Source of the DNA: Octopus sinensis
Lineage: Eukaryota
Direction: 5' to 3'
DNA: 64,000 nucleotides
Assembly: GCF_006345805.1 (NCBI RefSeq)
Contig: NC_043005.1
Location: 71,858,001-71,922,000, forward strand
Position 1 is the first letter of the stretch. The number at the start of each line of letters is the position of its first letter. Of this stretch, positions 1 to 13,650 are shown piece after piece. The notes below the pieces were generated by a model, which was given only the letters and a program-made list of their open reading frames with translations, was not told the DNA's origin and did not search any database. A program made the position numbers and the translations under genes.

Positions 1-46
1 TTTTCCAAGGCCACCAAGAGTGCACCAGACACTGCCTAATATGCAC

Positions 47-250
47 ATCTTTTACTTGTCTGTCATTGGACTGTGGCCATACTGCGGCACCGTCTTGAAG
101 GATTTATTTGAATAAATCCTTACCGATATTTACCTTAAGTCTGGTACTTATTCTAGCAGTCACTTTTGTTGACAAACCAAAAAGTTCCAGGGACATGAAC
201 AAAGCAATGTTAGTCATTAAGCAGTATTAAGGGACAAATGCAAACACAAA
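47..250 (-). mobile_element. SINE family A, diverged 3' half
   Basis: Matches the 3' half of 1868-2302 (cttttacttg..tcattggactgtggccat..gcaccg; tggtacttattct). Confidence 0.65.
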
Positions 251-712
251 TGTACACGCATACATACATTATAATGGTGGTATTCTCATCAGATAAGCAT
301 GACCAACACTGACAAGTTAAAGTGTTAAGTGTCAGCACAACACTATAATGACTCTCATTACCAATCCCAAGAAGCTCAGAGATGAACAAAGTACAAGATA
401 TCCAGCTCAGTAGAGCTGCAGGTTTTATATACGAGTTAGCCTTCTCCTAGAGGGATGCCTTAATAGAGACCAGGGGTCCCTCATTCCCAGTGGTTTCACT
501 GCACACTCAGATACCATTTGTATTTTGTCTAAACTGTTGCAGCTCAACACTAGCAAGAAAGACAGGAGCAAAGCAGGAAACTCCAGGGAGAAGAAAGATT
601 GAATGTAATGGCTAATGCAAGGAAAGGTGGGTTGGATACACTAAGGGTAACAAGGGGTTGAGAGACAACTAGGTTGGTGGTGTCTGAGCACTGATGGTGA
701 AAGTTAAGATGA

Positions 713-990
713 AATCATCATCATCATCATCATCGTTTAACGTCCATTTTCCATGCTAGCATGGGTTGGACGGTTCGACTGGGGTCTGGGAAGCCAGGAG
801 GCTGTACCAGGCTCCAGTCTGATCTGGCAGTGTTTCTACAGCTGGATGCCCTTCCTAACGCCAACTGCTCCGTGAGTGTAGTGGGTGCGTTTTACGTGCC
901 ACCAGCACAGGTGCCAGGGGAGGCTGGCAACGGCCATGATCGGTTGGTGCTTTTTACATGCCACCAGCACCAAAGCCAGTCAATGCTGAT
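713..990 (-). mobile_element. Repeat family C (SINE-like, (GAT)n tail preceded by catgctagcatggaaa..gacgttaaac)
   Basis: (CAT)n then cgtttaacgtccattttccatgctagcatgggttggacgg..ctggatgcccttcctaacgccaac. Repeated at 18209, 19200, 54015 and 55209. Confidence 0.8.
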
Positions 991-1007
991 ATTAATTAGT
1001 GTAGTGA

Positions 1008-1235
1008 GACGGAGAGCTAGCTGAATCATTAGCATGCTAGGCACATTGCTTAGAGCAATCCATCTGTCTTTACATTCTGAGTTCAAATTCCATTGAGGTT
1101 GACTTTGATTTTAATCATTTCAGACACTGATAAAAAAAAATAAGTGCCAATTAAACACTGGGGTCGATGTAATGGACATACCCCTATCTCCCAAAATTGT
1201 TGGCCTTGTGCCAAAATTTGAAACCGATCGTATTT
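1008..1235 (+). mobile_element. SINE family B (tRNA-like head gagctggcagaatcgttagc..gagttcaaattcc)
   Basis: Shares ctgagttcaaattcc..gactttg..ctggggtcgat..cccaaaatt..ggccttgtgcc with more than 10 other copies in the window. Confidence 0.75.
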
Positions 1236-1239
1236 AGCG

Positions 1240-1242
1240 TTG

Positions 1243-1274
<32 letters not shown>

Positions 1275-1312
1275 GGTGGTGGTGGTGGTGCTACTGCTGC
1301 TGCTGCTGTTGC
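1240..1312. repeat. Compound trinucleotide microsatellite (GTT)n(GGT)n(GCT)n
   Basis: Read directly from the sequence. Confidence 0.95.
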
Positions 1313-1867
1313 AGTTTGAATTGTTTCTACCAGGATTTTTGTTTTCAATTTTAAATTAATGTTTTCAACATTTCCAATATTCTTCTGTGCAATTGTAAGC
1401 ACCGTTATTTTATTAATTTGCTCTTTGTTTTAAAAAAATCTAATTTATTTTCATGTTTTAAAATAATTAGCAAGAAAGGGACATATTTGTTTACATTACC
1501 ACTCATACTGCTACCATCACTCCAGTGTGCACACTTCCTCATACTTCTGAGGCAACCATCTTGCAAACCAAGCAACAATAATAACACCAACAACAACAGA
1601 AACAACAACAGTAATGGCTATGTTCCAAAAAAATAGTTTAAAAAAATCATCTAAGGACAAATGTTTCTTGCAGTCCAAACAATTCAAAAGACTTTTGTTA
1701 GAAAAACTGGAATAAAAAGAAGAAAAAACCACAATACTTTCTTCCATAAAATAATTTGGTTTAAAATTAGTTTTTTTATGAAGCTCTGATATTAGGCATC
1801 TGGTCTTTTCTCATGAATAAATGCTGCAATGAGTTAACATATGAAGTGGTGGAGTATTTCCCAGACA

Positions 1868-2087
1868 TACTCTTTTGCTCTTTACTCTTTTACTTGTTTC
1901 AGTCATTTGACTGTGGCCATGCCGGAGCACCGCCTTTGGTCGAGCAAATCAACACCAGGACTTATTCTTTGTAAACCTAGTACTTATTCTATTGGTCTCT
2001 TTTGCTGAACTGCTAAGTTACAGGGACATAAACACACCAGCATCGGTTGTCAAGCGATGTTGGGGGAACAAACACACACACACACAT

Positions 2088-2136
<49 letters not shown>

Positions 2137-2302
2137 TATATACGATGGTCTTCTTTCAGTTTCCGTCTACCAAATCCACTCACAAGGCTTTGGTTGGCCC
2201 GAGGCTATAGTAGAAGACACTTGCCCAAGGTGCCACGCAGTAGGACTGAACCAGGAACCATGTGGGTGGTAAATAAGCTACTTACCACACAGCCACTCCT
2301 GC
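1868..2302 (-). mobile_element. SINE family A (tRNA-like head, internal TA/CA microsatellite, GAGTAAAA-type tail), full length
   Basis: Reverse complement begins gcaggagtggctgtgtggtaagtagc..ggttcagtcc (A/B-box-like) and is collinear with the copies at 46874 and 62452. Confidence 0.85.
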
Positions 2303-2659
2303 ACCTACCCTTTCTATAATTCTTGAGTTGAATCAGTATGGAGAAAGTGTGGCATAGCTAGACTTCAGAATTAAAGATATAGTCCATCTGACAGGTTTCT
2401 GTATAGTTTCTTTCCACCCAAATTCATTCAAACCAAGACTAATTTAAATACACTCACCTAAGATGCCCTGCAATGAGATTGAACCCAGGACATTATGATT
2501 TCAAAGAAAACTTTTTAACACTAGGCCATGCCTGTATTTACAATATATATAGTGGAATGAATGAAGAGAACTGGTGCAGTAAACCAAATCTGTTCAATTA
2601 ATTTTAATTTTACTAATAATGTTGAGAGCCAATCATTATCTTAATGAGTCTGTCTGGTT

Positions 2660-2940
2660 AAGAAAGACAGAGGAGGTAAACCTGGAATTTAAATAGATAA
2701 AAAAAAAGGAATTAAATCTAGAATGGAATGGTGAGGGGAATGAATATGATCATTGGCAGTGCAATGACAACTCTTGGGATGTTTCTACCTTATTAGGCCT
2801 CATTAACAAAGCATGGGTTAAATATACTGTCAGATCTTAGAATAACCAAGGGGCTTAGGAAGATGAACACTGAGTGCTTGGATAAAGATGAGTGGGGAGA
2901 TAAGAAAATATTCAGGGATGCCCACTGCAGGAAAACATAA
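2660..2940 (+). mobile_element. Possible highly decayed RTE-like LINE 3' fragment
   Basis: Broken frames give KPGI..KKK.LEWNG, KAWVKYTV and DLRI..DKDEWG, loosely like the RTE C-terminal RLxWxGH..GRP..W...DL..DR.EW motifs. Weak. Confidence 0.3.
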
Positions 2941-3039
2941 TAGTAAAGTAGTTGTTAAAATATATGATGCCATGTGCCCAAAATTTCCAATTTAAATTAA
3001 CTCATATTGATGGGAAACAATTAGTATTTTAATGAAGTA

Positions 3040-3250
3040 TCAAGCCTGTAGAATTGTTAGTAAGTTGAAAAAAATGCTTAGAAGTATTTCATCCAAATCA
3101 TTACTTTCTGGGTTCAAATTCCACTGTGGTCATTTTTGCATTTTCTCCTTTTGGAGTCATTAAAATAAGTACCAGTAGAATACAGAAATTGATATAATTG
3201 GCTTACTTTCCTTCTTAAAATTCCTGGCCTGATACCAAATTTGGAACAAC
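3040..3250 (+). mobile_element. SINE family B, diverged
   Basis: gaattgttag..atgcttagaagtatttc..ggttcaaattccac..aaataagtaccagt..ggcctgatacc. Confidence 0.65.
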
Positions 3251-3619
3251 CGTTTTAATTACTATTCATGGTGAAGATGAGCAAGGGAGTCAATCTTGGA
3301 TTTAAATTAGCAAATAATTAATTACGTTATGCAGTGAAGTGTTAGACTGATGAATGGCTATGCATCGACAATACTAACATGCTTCAGCCTTATTAAACCT
3401 CAATATTTATGTCCACTGTTTATGGTCAATAACTACTGTGATTCTCTTGATCATCTCATCTAGTGCCAGTCCAGTATTGATTTTAAAATGTTCTTCAGAT
3501 CCCTGTAATGATTACCTGCTCAGAATTTACTTGAATTACCATGAAGATGGCACCATACATCTTAAAGTTAGCTAATTAATTTACTTATATACAGCAGGTG
3601 CTGTGAGTTAATGAGCAGG

Positions 3620-4025
3620 CCTCCAAGGTGGTTGTTTGGCCAGCTAGAAATAGCAATTATATCTCTTAAATTTCATCCTGCAATCTTTAAAATTACAAAG
3701 TCAGGTTTGATTAAGTGTTCTGAGAAAGGTTATATCTGAAATAAATGAATGAATTAATTAATTAAAATAGATATATGATACAGCCCTAAATGGAATGTGT
3801 TCAATCATAAGTTTGATCAAATAGAGCTCCTATATGTGGTTGCTCAGTCAGCTAAAAATAGAAACCAAATCATCCTTAAATTTTATATTATCTTAGAAGA
3901 GAAGAACATATTAGAAGATCTAATGTGCTAATGTACAATGGAATGATCACAGATGTAATACCTTTGATCTTAGGTTTGCCTGATCAGGCCTGAATGGGGT
4001 TAAGCAACAACTACAACAGCAAAAG
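3620..4025 (+). mobile_element. Repeat family E (ctagaaatagcagccaaat..cctttgatc..ggggctaaacaacaac), two adjacent copies
   Basis: Motifs recur at 9690-9900, 27770-28010, 51925-52075, 52545-52660 (+) and 47415-47550, 52190-52430, 59935-60070, 61105-61205 (-). Class unknown; (AAC)n tail. Confidence 0.6.
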
Positions 4026-4419
4026 CAGCAAAATCTCAAGTGACCCTCACTTGAACAACGAAGGGTATTTTCTCATTCATAAACATTATTACACACACAT
4101 ACGCACATAAAATACATATCATACACATGCACACACGAAACATGAACACACATGCAAACATGCACACGTGCACACACACACATGCACATACACATACATA
4201 CACACACAATTAAATAGAGGCAAATAAGCAAACAAACTGAACAAATACTCTGCCAAAGAAAATAAAAAATAAAGAGATAAATATTGGTGTAAAACATCTG
4301 GAAAAGACATTGTTTACAATTGTGGTTCTGTATAGAATAATGTAAATAACAAACTGATGTATTGTACCGCAGAAGAATCTACTCAGCAGATATTACAACC
4401 CCATCTCTAATAGCATGTG

Positions 4420-4528
4420 TGCGTGTGTGCATGCAGAGTAATATATTAATATGTGTGTGTGTGTGTGTGCATGCAGAATAATATATTAATGTGTGTGTGT
4501 GTGTGTGTGCATGCAGAATAATATATTA

Positions 4529-4559
<31 letters not shown>

Positions 4560-4560
4560 A
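4420..4560. repeat. Minisatellite: three copies of gcatgcaga(g/a)taatatattaat + (GT)n
   Basis: Unit visible at about 4428, 4469 and 4509. Confidence 0.9.
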
Positions 4561-5039
4561 GTAAATGTGTATGTATGAGTGTGTGCGTGCATAAGTGAGA
4601 GCATGAATGCATTCATATATATGTAAATGTATATATAAAAATGTATACACACACATATATACATATATATATGCACAAGCACGTATATATACTTACATAT
4701 ACATATATATACACATGTAGATTTATTATTGCTTATACACACACACACATATTTATATATATATATATATATATATATACAGATAGATATATAGATAGAT
4801 AATGAAGAAATAAATAGTATAGTTATCCACTTTATACAGCACAACTAATTAGCACTCTAATAGAGCTTCAGGAATATAACATTAAGAAATAAATATATAT
4901 ATACATACATACATACATACATACATACACATACATATAATATACATATTTATACACACACATACACACACACGTGCATGCATGCACACACATATATGCA
5001 CAAATACAGAAAGAAAGGGAGAGCAACAGCAGCTTATTA

Positions 5040-6415
5040 CAAGACAATTAGAAGTACCATTCTTGTCCTCTCTTTTTGCAGGACAAGCAGGGAAAATGTC
5101 TCTTCTGAGGACCATGCCATTATACCTGGCATTTCTGTCATTGTTCTGTACAATGCTTTTCATAGAATAACATGCCCTGTATTTTGGAAGTCACTCAATA
5201 AACTGAATGGAAACAACTGGTTTGTGAGAACTGTGCCAGCCATGCATAGATATGCTTGCTGCCCACGAGGAGAGAAGTAGCAATGAGGGATTTAGTGCAT
5301 AGATATGGAATTGTCGATCAAAGCTCACTTTTCAGACCTCCTCACATCCATTTGTTATAGTTCTTCAGTCTGTAACAGAGGAGGCTGACTTCAACTGCAA
5401 ACCTACATCTACTGATAATCTAGTTCTTGTTTCTGAATCTGCCAAAGAATTATAAATTCCAGAAGAGAAAGCAAAGTCTAGAATCGCGAGGTCTTAATGC
5501 AAACATAACAAAAACAAATTTTCATTAGCAGGAAATCAGACAAGATTCTATTACCATCAAAGAGTTTGGCTATTCGCAATATGCAAAAAAGGAGTAGGTG
5601 GAAACTCTGTACTGTGTAACAAATATAAACTATAGGTGAACAAGAAATGTTGTGAGATCACACATTGGCTGACAGAGAAGGACTCTGTGTGTAACAGATG
5701 TAAGAGAGTAGTTAGCACTGAAAGCATCCATGAAAAATATTTTCGCAAATACCTGGAAGGCTCCCTATGAGTTGTTGACAGCTTCTCTTACCTACGTGGC
5801 CTAATTAATAGTAGAGGTGGCTGTTCTGAAAGCATAGAAACTAGAGTGAGAAAGTAGTGATGGTGATGGTGGGGAGATTTTCAGAGCTATTAATTCTACT
5901 GGCAACACATGGATAGTGTTTCCTTGTCAAGGACAGATTCTAAGTCAAGGATGTGATGTTTATATGTGAAGTGTGATACCATATGACTGAAAAACATAAG
6001 CTTCTGAATGTTGAGGATCTGGGAAAAGAGGAAAGTAATGAGGCAAACATGGTCAGGTTCATTGGATATGTAATGTTAGTGTGAATGATCAATGGTATAT
6101 AAATGAACTGAAAGTAAAACTTGGATATAAGAAGAATAAGCTGTAGTATGTCAGACTGTGATGATATCGATATTCAATATGTATGGAGAATTACATTCGG
6201 TTAAAGAAATGACAAGGATTCCAAATGGAAGCAACAAGCTGAAGAGGGAAGCTGGGGAAAAGTTTGGAAGAAGTGATAATGAAGGTTGATTGCAAAAGCC
6301 TGAATTTCTGCAAGGAGCTAAACAAGGAACTGCAAAATGGAGTGAGACATTGTTTAGGGGAAGACTTGTTGGAGTTGTGTAAGCATAGAAGAAAGCAAGT
6401 AAAATGATAAAATTA
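5040..6415 (+). mobile_element. Decayed RTE-clade LINE, RT domain through C-terminus (frameshifts and stops)
   Basis: Successive fragments match RTE ORF motifs as I recall them: PLYLAF (5116-5133), AFHRITCPVFWKSLNKL..WFVRTVPAMHRYA (cf. AFDRVP..WLVRAVQAMYRDA), VDQSS/FVIVLQSVTEE, TDNLVLVSES (decayed YADDLVLIAES), QSLESRGLNANITKT, ICKKGVGGNSVLCNKYKL*VNKKC (from 5579), VVDSFSYLRGLINSRGGCSESIETRVRK. Confidence 0.88.
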
Positions 6416-6589
6416 TAATGAATGTATAAATGTGTGTGTGTGTGTGTGTGTGTGCATGCATAAAATGCATGGTGTGTATGTATTTATATTTGTATATAAG
6501 ATATATTTTTAAATATTCATGTACACACAAAATATGTAATATATTCATAAGGCACATAGATAGAAAGATGGAGAGATAGATATGTTTTA

Positions 6590-6647
<58 letters not shown>

Positions 6648-6704
6648 CATTTATTAATATGTTAACATAAAGTATATATATATATATCATATATATAAGT
6701 TCTG

Positions 6705-7080
6705 CTGTGTCTATGAGGTAAGTAATTTGCTTCCTAACCACAAAGTTCCAGCTTCTGTCCCATTGTTTGGCCTGTTGGGCAAATGAATTTTACCATAGCC
6801 TCAGACCAACCAAAGCTTTGTGAATGGATTTTAGAGATGGAAACTGAAAGAATCTTGCCATGTGTGTGTGTGTGTGTGTCAATTTTTGTCTCCCATCACT
6901 GCTTGACAACTGGTGTTGGTGTTTTTATGTCTCCATAATTTAGAAGTTTGGCTAAAAAGACCAATAGAATAAGTACCAGGCTTAACCAAAATAGAAAAAA
7001 AAATAAGTGCAATTCTTCAAGGAAGTGCCCCAGCATGGCCACTTTCTAATGACTGAAACATATACAAGATAGAAGGTAGA
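6705..7080 (+). mobile_element. SINE family A, diverged
   Basis: Collinear head (ggtaagtaatttgcttcctaaccac), caaagctttgtg..ggaaactgaaag, (TG)n, and tail cagcatggcc..atgactgaaaca. Confidence 0.7.
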
Positions 7081-8149
7081 AGATATGCATATGTAGTGTA
7101 TCAGCATGTCTGTGTGTCTGTAACAATAATTTCAAACAAGTGTAAAAAAACCTTTATAGATCTACCATAATCCTGATAGAAAGGGCAATAGATATATCAA
7201 GCCCCATAACCATAAACATATGTATGCGTGTATACATATGTATATGTGTGTGTATGTATGTAGTATGCACACACACACATATATATATATATATTCACAT
7301 ACAAAGAGTAAAAATGAAATGATCATAATGATGATGATTGTAATTTGTACAGAGATATTCAGCTATCTATATATAGTCACATATACAAAAATAATAATCT
7401 ATATATTCACAGTTCATACAATATACTCAATCCTTTTCGATATTTTGCTTGTACATCTCTTGAGGCCTAATTGAATTTTGCACTTTTCTAATAGATGGTA
7501 TTGTTAAATAGGTAATGCACAAATATTTACTCTGTTGGCTTCTTTCCAATTCTGGTTGATAATTATTAGCTAGTTACCATTGTTGTTGTTATTCTTGTTG
7601 TTGTAGTTGTTGTTTTTATTGTTGTAATTTCATGCTTGTTTATTTCTCTTACTTTATATATATATATATATATATATAGGTCAGTGTATAACAAAATATG
7701 TCATGATGGGTAATTTAGGGGTTGTTAACTGTGTTGCTATCTTCTTTTAATGAAAGACCAAGCTGGCTGTAAAAGAACCATTCCTTTCCAAGTTGGGTTT
7801 GTGAGATTTGAACTTAGTACTGTGAGCAAAAAAAAAAAAAGAAACATATGCATTATATCCAGACAAATACAGTACTAGCGTTCAAAAAAATGTATGATCT
7901 CTTTGTATCACTCTCGTTATTCTTGGTACCTAGTTACAGTTAAACGAACTGAGATTCTATGAGTGAATTATCAACACAAGAAACAACATTTGAAAATGTT
8001 CCCTAATTTCAAGAGAGAGAAGCTTTTGTGTGCTGGTTATGCATAACTTTGACTTTTTGACCTTCAGAAGGTGAGAAATAAACCTTCCACCAGCCAGTGT
8101 GCTACAGGTAACATTTCCAGAAGATCTTTTTTAATGCATAAATATACAT

Positions 8150-8340
8150 AACAGAGGTACGTGGCTTAGTGGCTAGGGTGTTGGGCTTGTAATTGTAAGA
8201 TTGTGGTTTCAGTTCCTGAACTCGACACTGAGTTGTATTTTTGTATACACTTCATTTCATATTGCTTTAGTTCACTCAGCTGCCAAAAGTGAGTCACCCT
8301 GCAATGTACTGGCATCCCATCCAGGAATATTTGTTGTATG
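8150..8340 (+). mobile_element. tRNA-head SINE with CORE-like central domain
   Basis: gtggcttagtggctagggtgttgggc..ggtttcagttcc..ttcactcagctgccaaaagtgagt..gcaatgtactggcatcccatccagg. Confidence 0.6.
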
Positions 8341-11219
8341 CCACAGAAATCAGAAAACCAGCCTCATGAGTCTATATTATTTAGAAAGGAGCGTTATCCT
8401 TTTTTTTTTTAAATTTATAATGCCAATACTTTAAAATGCAATCACTATCTTTACTCATAGTACCTATTTACAGTTAGCTAAAAAGTGAAGCTGAGAACAA
8501 AATATCACTGCTAAAGACAAACTTTAGTACTAATGACCAGATACACCTTTTAAAATATCCCTTCAATAATTCAAAGGGAGAGAGGCTTTTGAGTACCACC
8601 AGTGCTTAACTCGGATATTGTGCTTTTCAAAAGAGATAAATTTAATCTTTCATTGGCTAAGATACTGGTGTATTGCAGATAAAAATTCCCAGATTTTTTG
8701 CCTGGCTATATCAACAAATGAATGAATCAATTCACAAAGAATTATGTCTACTACTGAAATATACAATTAGATAATTACGGTAAATTTGAAATGAAGACCT
8801 ATCAGTTAGTAATACTACACAATACATGCTCAGCCAGTTCACTGCTTTTACATTGGTTATCAGGTGACCAGCTTCCAAAAAAATCGACCTTTGCACCAAT
8901 AGTCTGGCAATCTATCAACCTTCATGTATCTGTATCTGTTTGCTATGTATCTATTTACTCTACATAAACTATTAATAATGTTTCAGAAGACGTATAGCTT
9001 TATTATTGAAAATCTGTAAGCAATACTTCTCCAGATTTAGTTTGTACTCTGCCAAGTTAGAATACTATCTGCAATGTTTTCACTTTACATTCTCAAGAAT
9101 TGATGAGCTGATGAATATCACCCAAGACTAACATCTGTCAATCTATGTTTAAAATTCTATAATTATAGCCTACCTACCTACCAGCCATCTTTAAGCTACA
9201 TAAATCTGAGACAATTTCATGAGCTTCTAGGTGTTTTCACTCAATAAAAACACACAATGCCTGGTCTAGGAATCAAAACTGCAATCCTCCAACTGCTTGT
9301 TCGCTGCCCTAACCACTGGGCCATTGCGCCTCCTTTAACTCTTTTAGTGCTATGTTTAAAAAAGAAAACTGCCTTTGTTTCTATTAATTATGGACATTAT
9401 GAAGATTTTGGTCAAATAACTTTGTCATTATCAAACTGGTATTTGGAGCAAATGTAAATTGAAATATGTTGGAAGGTTTCAATTTAGATCTCTTTAGAGC
9501 AAGAAATTTATATCAGAATCAGAATCTGAGATAGTCCCATGTGAGCTTCATGTGAATCTATTGATTAACCAAAAGGATTAATCCATGGACTCACTATGCA
9601 AGACAGCTGACAAGATGAAACTACTTTCCTTTTTAATAAAAGGAATAAAAGCACATATATATATATCATCTTTAAATGATGAGGAAAGCCTTTAAATAAT
9701 TGCTTGACCTAAATGAAATAGTAGCTAAATCCCTCCCAAACCTTGCTCAGCAATCTGTAAAACAGATGCATTACACAATGCACTCTGAAGTACATTCTTC
9801 ATGAAAAGGAAATGAGATAGTCGTGGCTGGAATGTCTTTGACCATAGATTTTCTGCTCCTTTAGTACCAGCTTGGAGCTAAACATCAATAACCACAACAG
9901 CCTATTCATTCTCATAGCAAATACTTCTGGAGAAATCCAAGCCTCCTTATCCTTCTTCTCTCTCTTGTTCATGCATACAGATACACATGAACATATAGCC
10001 AGGCACTTTCCAGTGTCTCTCCACAGTTAAGTATTGAATGTGTTGTGTGTGTAACTGTACATATCATTTGCTTCCGTGCTTATATGTATATAGTGTGTCC
10101 CTTGAGTTTTTAAAAATCTTCTATACTCATCTATCAACTGGTTTAAATTGCAAAGTAAATGCCAGAAACTGAAGAGTGTAGTTATCATTTGAGAGGAATA
10201 TGGTGTAATTCGGATGTCATCACACATTTATCTTTTTTTTATTTTTTATTTTTCTTTTATTTTTTTCACATCTAGAATATTAAACAAAAAAATCACCACA
10301 GTTTAATTCCATTTAGGTATTAGAAGAAAACAATTAGTGGTTTAAATACATTTTTTAATATATATGAAGTGACAGGCCCATGCAATTCAATAGAGAGATA
10401 AGGCAATTGAAATATAATAGAAATTAAAACAAGTTAACTTAAACTTCCCTGCAATTGTTGTGCATTATGTTTGAAGTATACTTGAGAACGTTGGATGAGT
10501 GAATGGTACAGAAGGAAACTGTTATTTCAAAGAGAGAGGGGAAGATGACAATGGACAAGCGGTAGAATAGAAAGTAAGAGCTGTGTGCAGTGCAAGTGGT
10601 ATAAGCTGAAGAATAAGAAAGGAATGAAATTAAATAGTTTGGTGAAATATAAGCATTGATAACAATAAGTAATGCATGCTATTGAAAACTTCTTATGATA
10701 GCATCGGATACAATGAGAGAAATCAACACACTGTAATAAAAGCATGGAGAAATATATTGGCGAGGACTTTAAATGGTTCTCAGCTACTTACCAATAATGT
10801 GGAATTCCCCTCAGCTTACTTTGAAATGTAATGATAAGAAGCAAAACTATACAGAGCTAAAGTGATATCTTGGGTACACTTGCAATGAAATGACGCTGAA
10901 GTTTTGAAGCATTCATTTTCAATAGATGTTTAATCATATCATTCTCATCAAGCAGGGCTTCATGATTAGATGGAAAACTAGGAAACAAGTATTAGATGAA
11001 TGTTCAAATTGCACTGAATTCTCCATAGATTTATAACAGGTATACTACAGGTCATTTACAATGAATTGGATCCTCTTGGGGAGATTTTGGTCAGCTTGTA
11101 AAAAGGCATGAAAACAGAATGGTATTGTGAATGGATCAATTAAAGAGTGGTTGTGTTACATCTAAATATTGTACAATGATTGCTTTTACGTTTCTATCCC
11201 ATTGGAACTCTAATAATAG

Positions 11220-11622
11220 CATTGTTATTATTATTGATAATAATAATAAGAATAATGATAAAAAGGAAAGGAAGGAAAAGGATAATATCAATAGCAGCAA
11301 CAATAAAAATAAAGCTAATAATGTTAATAACATTAGTAAAATATAAGAGTATAATAATACTACTAATAATAATAATAGTAATAGTAATAATAGTAATAGT
11401 AATGATAATAATATTAATAATATTATATTATAATATTAATAATATTAATAATAATAACAATAATAATAATAATGATAATAACAATAATAATAATAATAAG
11501 AAGAAGAATTGTCATTTCCATCATCGTTATCATTGCTATCATTGCTGTTGCCACCACCATTGCCATTGTAACACCAACACCACCACCCCTATCATCATCG
11601 TCATCATCATCATCATCATCAT
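11220..11622. repeat. (AAT)n-rich to (CAT)n low-complexity tract
   Basis: Read directly from the sequence. Confidence 0.9.
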
Positions 11623-11859
11623 ATGTCTGTTTTTCCATATTGGCGTAATTTCAATAGGTTTCGCATCATTTCATCACTTTTTCTGCCTGCTCTTCATCGT
11701 TTGCCATTCACAGGAACAGAAAAACTGCCAATCTTCGTTGTTACTGCTGTTGCTTATGTCACGCTTTCCGAAACGGCTTGTTTAAGAATACTAATATTGT
11801 ACTAGATAAAGAAGCAGAAGAAATAAGTGCTTTAGACCAATCGCAGACTTACAATTACT

Positions 11860-12745
11860 AAGTGATCAATGAACTAGACATTATAATACACCAATAGAAG
11901 AAAAAGTTACAAAGGAATATTATAGACACATTAGATTAATACATAAAACAGAATTAAATGTAAAATACAAAGTAATGGGTATCAATACACTAGTTGTCCC
12001 AGTAATAAATTATAGTTATGTATTCCCAATGAGATGTTATATGAACTAGAAAGATTAGATTGAAAAATCATGAATAGTAATAACTACATATAGAAAATAC
12101 CACCCCAAATCTGACACTGAGTGATTATACTTACCATGGAAACAGGGATATATGATTTTAGGTAAGTAGAAAACTATTATAAAATATCCACTGTAGGACT
12201 ACAAAATATCTAGTAAAGAACAATGGAAAACTAATACAAATATCTACAAAACATGAACAAATCAAAAAGATTGTTTCGGCCCTCAATGAAACCACCAAAT
12301 ATAAAACGGAATCTGAAATGACAGGGAGTTGCGAGAAGAAAGGAGAAACAACAACTGGAATTATGATAAGGCTAAAAAAATAAGGTAAAAATGTGGCCAG
12401 TGAATGCCATGAGTAATTGATGGCAAGTAACGGCCTTTTGTAGTTTGGTGATTACAAAGTAATTGTAAGTTTATGTTGGGTCTAGTTCTCTTATCTCTGT
12501 TTCAAGCTGAACGTGGTGGTAGTAGATAAGGAAAATTGTGTAACATTGGCTGAAAAGCACACGATTCAAAGCTGAGACTGGAGAAGTCTTGATTGTGATA
12601 TATGATCAAAGCTTTCTGTATTGAAACCATTGAAAGTATGTAATGAAGGAGAATACATTTAAGTAACTGCAGAAGAAACAATTAACCATATTATCTCAGG
12701 TTACCAGTCTTAGCCATGAGAGAATATATCTAGAAGCATGCCAGG
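11860..12745 (+). mobile_element. Decayed R4/Dong-like non-LTR retrotransposon, post-RT region to zinc-knuckle region
   Basis: From 11894: IEEKVTKEYYRHIRLIHKTELNVKYKVMGINTLVVPVINYSY; then YRKYHPKSDTE*LYLPWKQG, ENYYKISTVGLQ, FKAETGEVLIVIYDQSF, ETINHIISG.PVLAMREYI*KH. These are collinear with R4-clade motifs as I recall them (KEYYRRVR..TELN, HHPKADIERLYLPR, LKAETEG..AAQDQ, ETIDHIISGCPVLA..EY..RH). Confidence 0.82.
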
Positions 12746-13324
12746 GGTGGAGAAAACAGAGAAAAATCCTTGTAAAAGTGTCTTGGAATGATTTCATCAT
12801 CATCATCATCATCACCATCATCATCGTCATCGTCATCATCATCATCATCACCATCATCGTCGTCATCATCATCACCATCATCATTATCATCATTTTAACA
12901 TCTACATTTCCATGTTTGCATGGGTCAGTCAGACAGAATTCATTGAGCAAAAGTTTTTACATAGAGGCTTTCCAGCTGCCAACACTCACCTGATCTCAGG
13001 TGAGGTAATATTTCTCCATGGTCAGATATGTTTTCATCAAAAACAAGAAACAAACAACATTGCTTTTTGTGTGAGAGTGGCACTTACTTGCAACTGTCAC
13101 ATGTCAATACAAAGTGACATAAATACACACACACACATGAATAAACATGCTTACATGTTATTTTTCCAAATACCAAACACTCAATCTTGATCTGTGCTTG
13201 ACACAGGACTGAAAATTAGCAACAGGAAGATAAGATTTGTCAAATGTACAACGACCATATCTTTCTCTTCAGCTTGTCCTTATATCTGAGCCATGGTCGA
13301 CCAGCATTCCTGTGCCAACTTTCA

Positions 13325-13650
13325 AGTGGCCTCACAATCGTGAGGTAGTGAGTTCAATTCCCAGACCGCGCTATGTGTTGTGTTCTTGAACAAGACACTC
13401 TATTTCATGTTGCTCCAGTTCACTCAGCTGCAAAAATGAGTTACAACATCACTAGTGCCAAGCTGCATCAGCCTTTGCCTTTCCCTTGGATAACAGCTTG
13501 TCCTTATACCTGAGCCTTTGGCTTTCCCATGGATGACATCAATGGCATAGAGAGGGAAGGCTGGTATACATGGATGACTGCTACTCCTCCATAAACAACT
13601 CATGTCTCAGAGGATAACTTTCTAGGTGCATCCTATGGTTATTCTTGACA
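13325..13650 (+). mobile_element. tRNA-head SINE with CORE-like domain
   Basis: ctcacaatcgtgaggtagtgagttcaattcc..gtgttcttgaacaagacact..gctccagttcactcagctgcaaaaatgagt. Confidence 0.65.

Noticed and set aside
5096-5170. Acceptor-like site followed by a signal-peptide-like MSLLRTMPLYLAFLSLFCTMLFIE
   Set aside because: PLYLAF is part of the RTE reverse-transcriptase remnant, and the frame stops immediately.
11761-11775. Minus-strand RFGKR, an RFamide-like neuropeptide cleavage motif
   Set aside because: An in-frame TAA lies two codons upstream, there is no good acceptor in that phase, no signal peptide and no repeated motif.
11180-11785. 201-aa ORF, and similar ORFs at 17654-18145, 42840-43433 and 37777-38223
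   Set aside because: All are triplet or tetranucleotide microsatellites or a purine tract.
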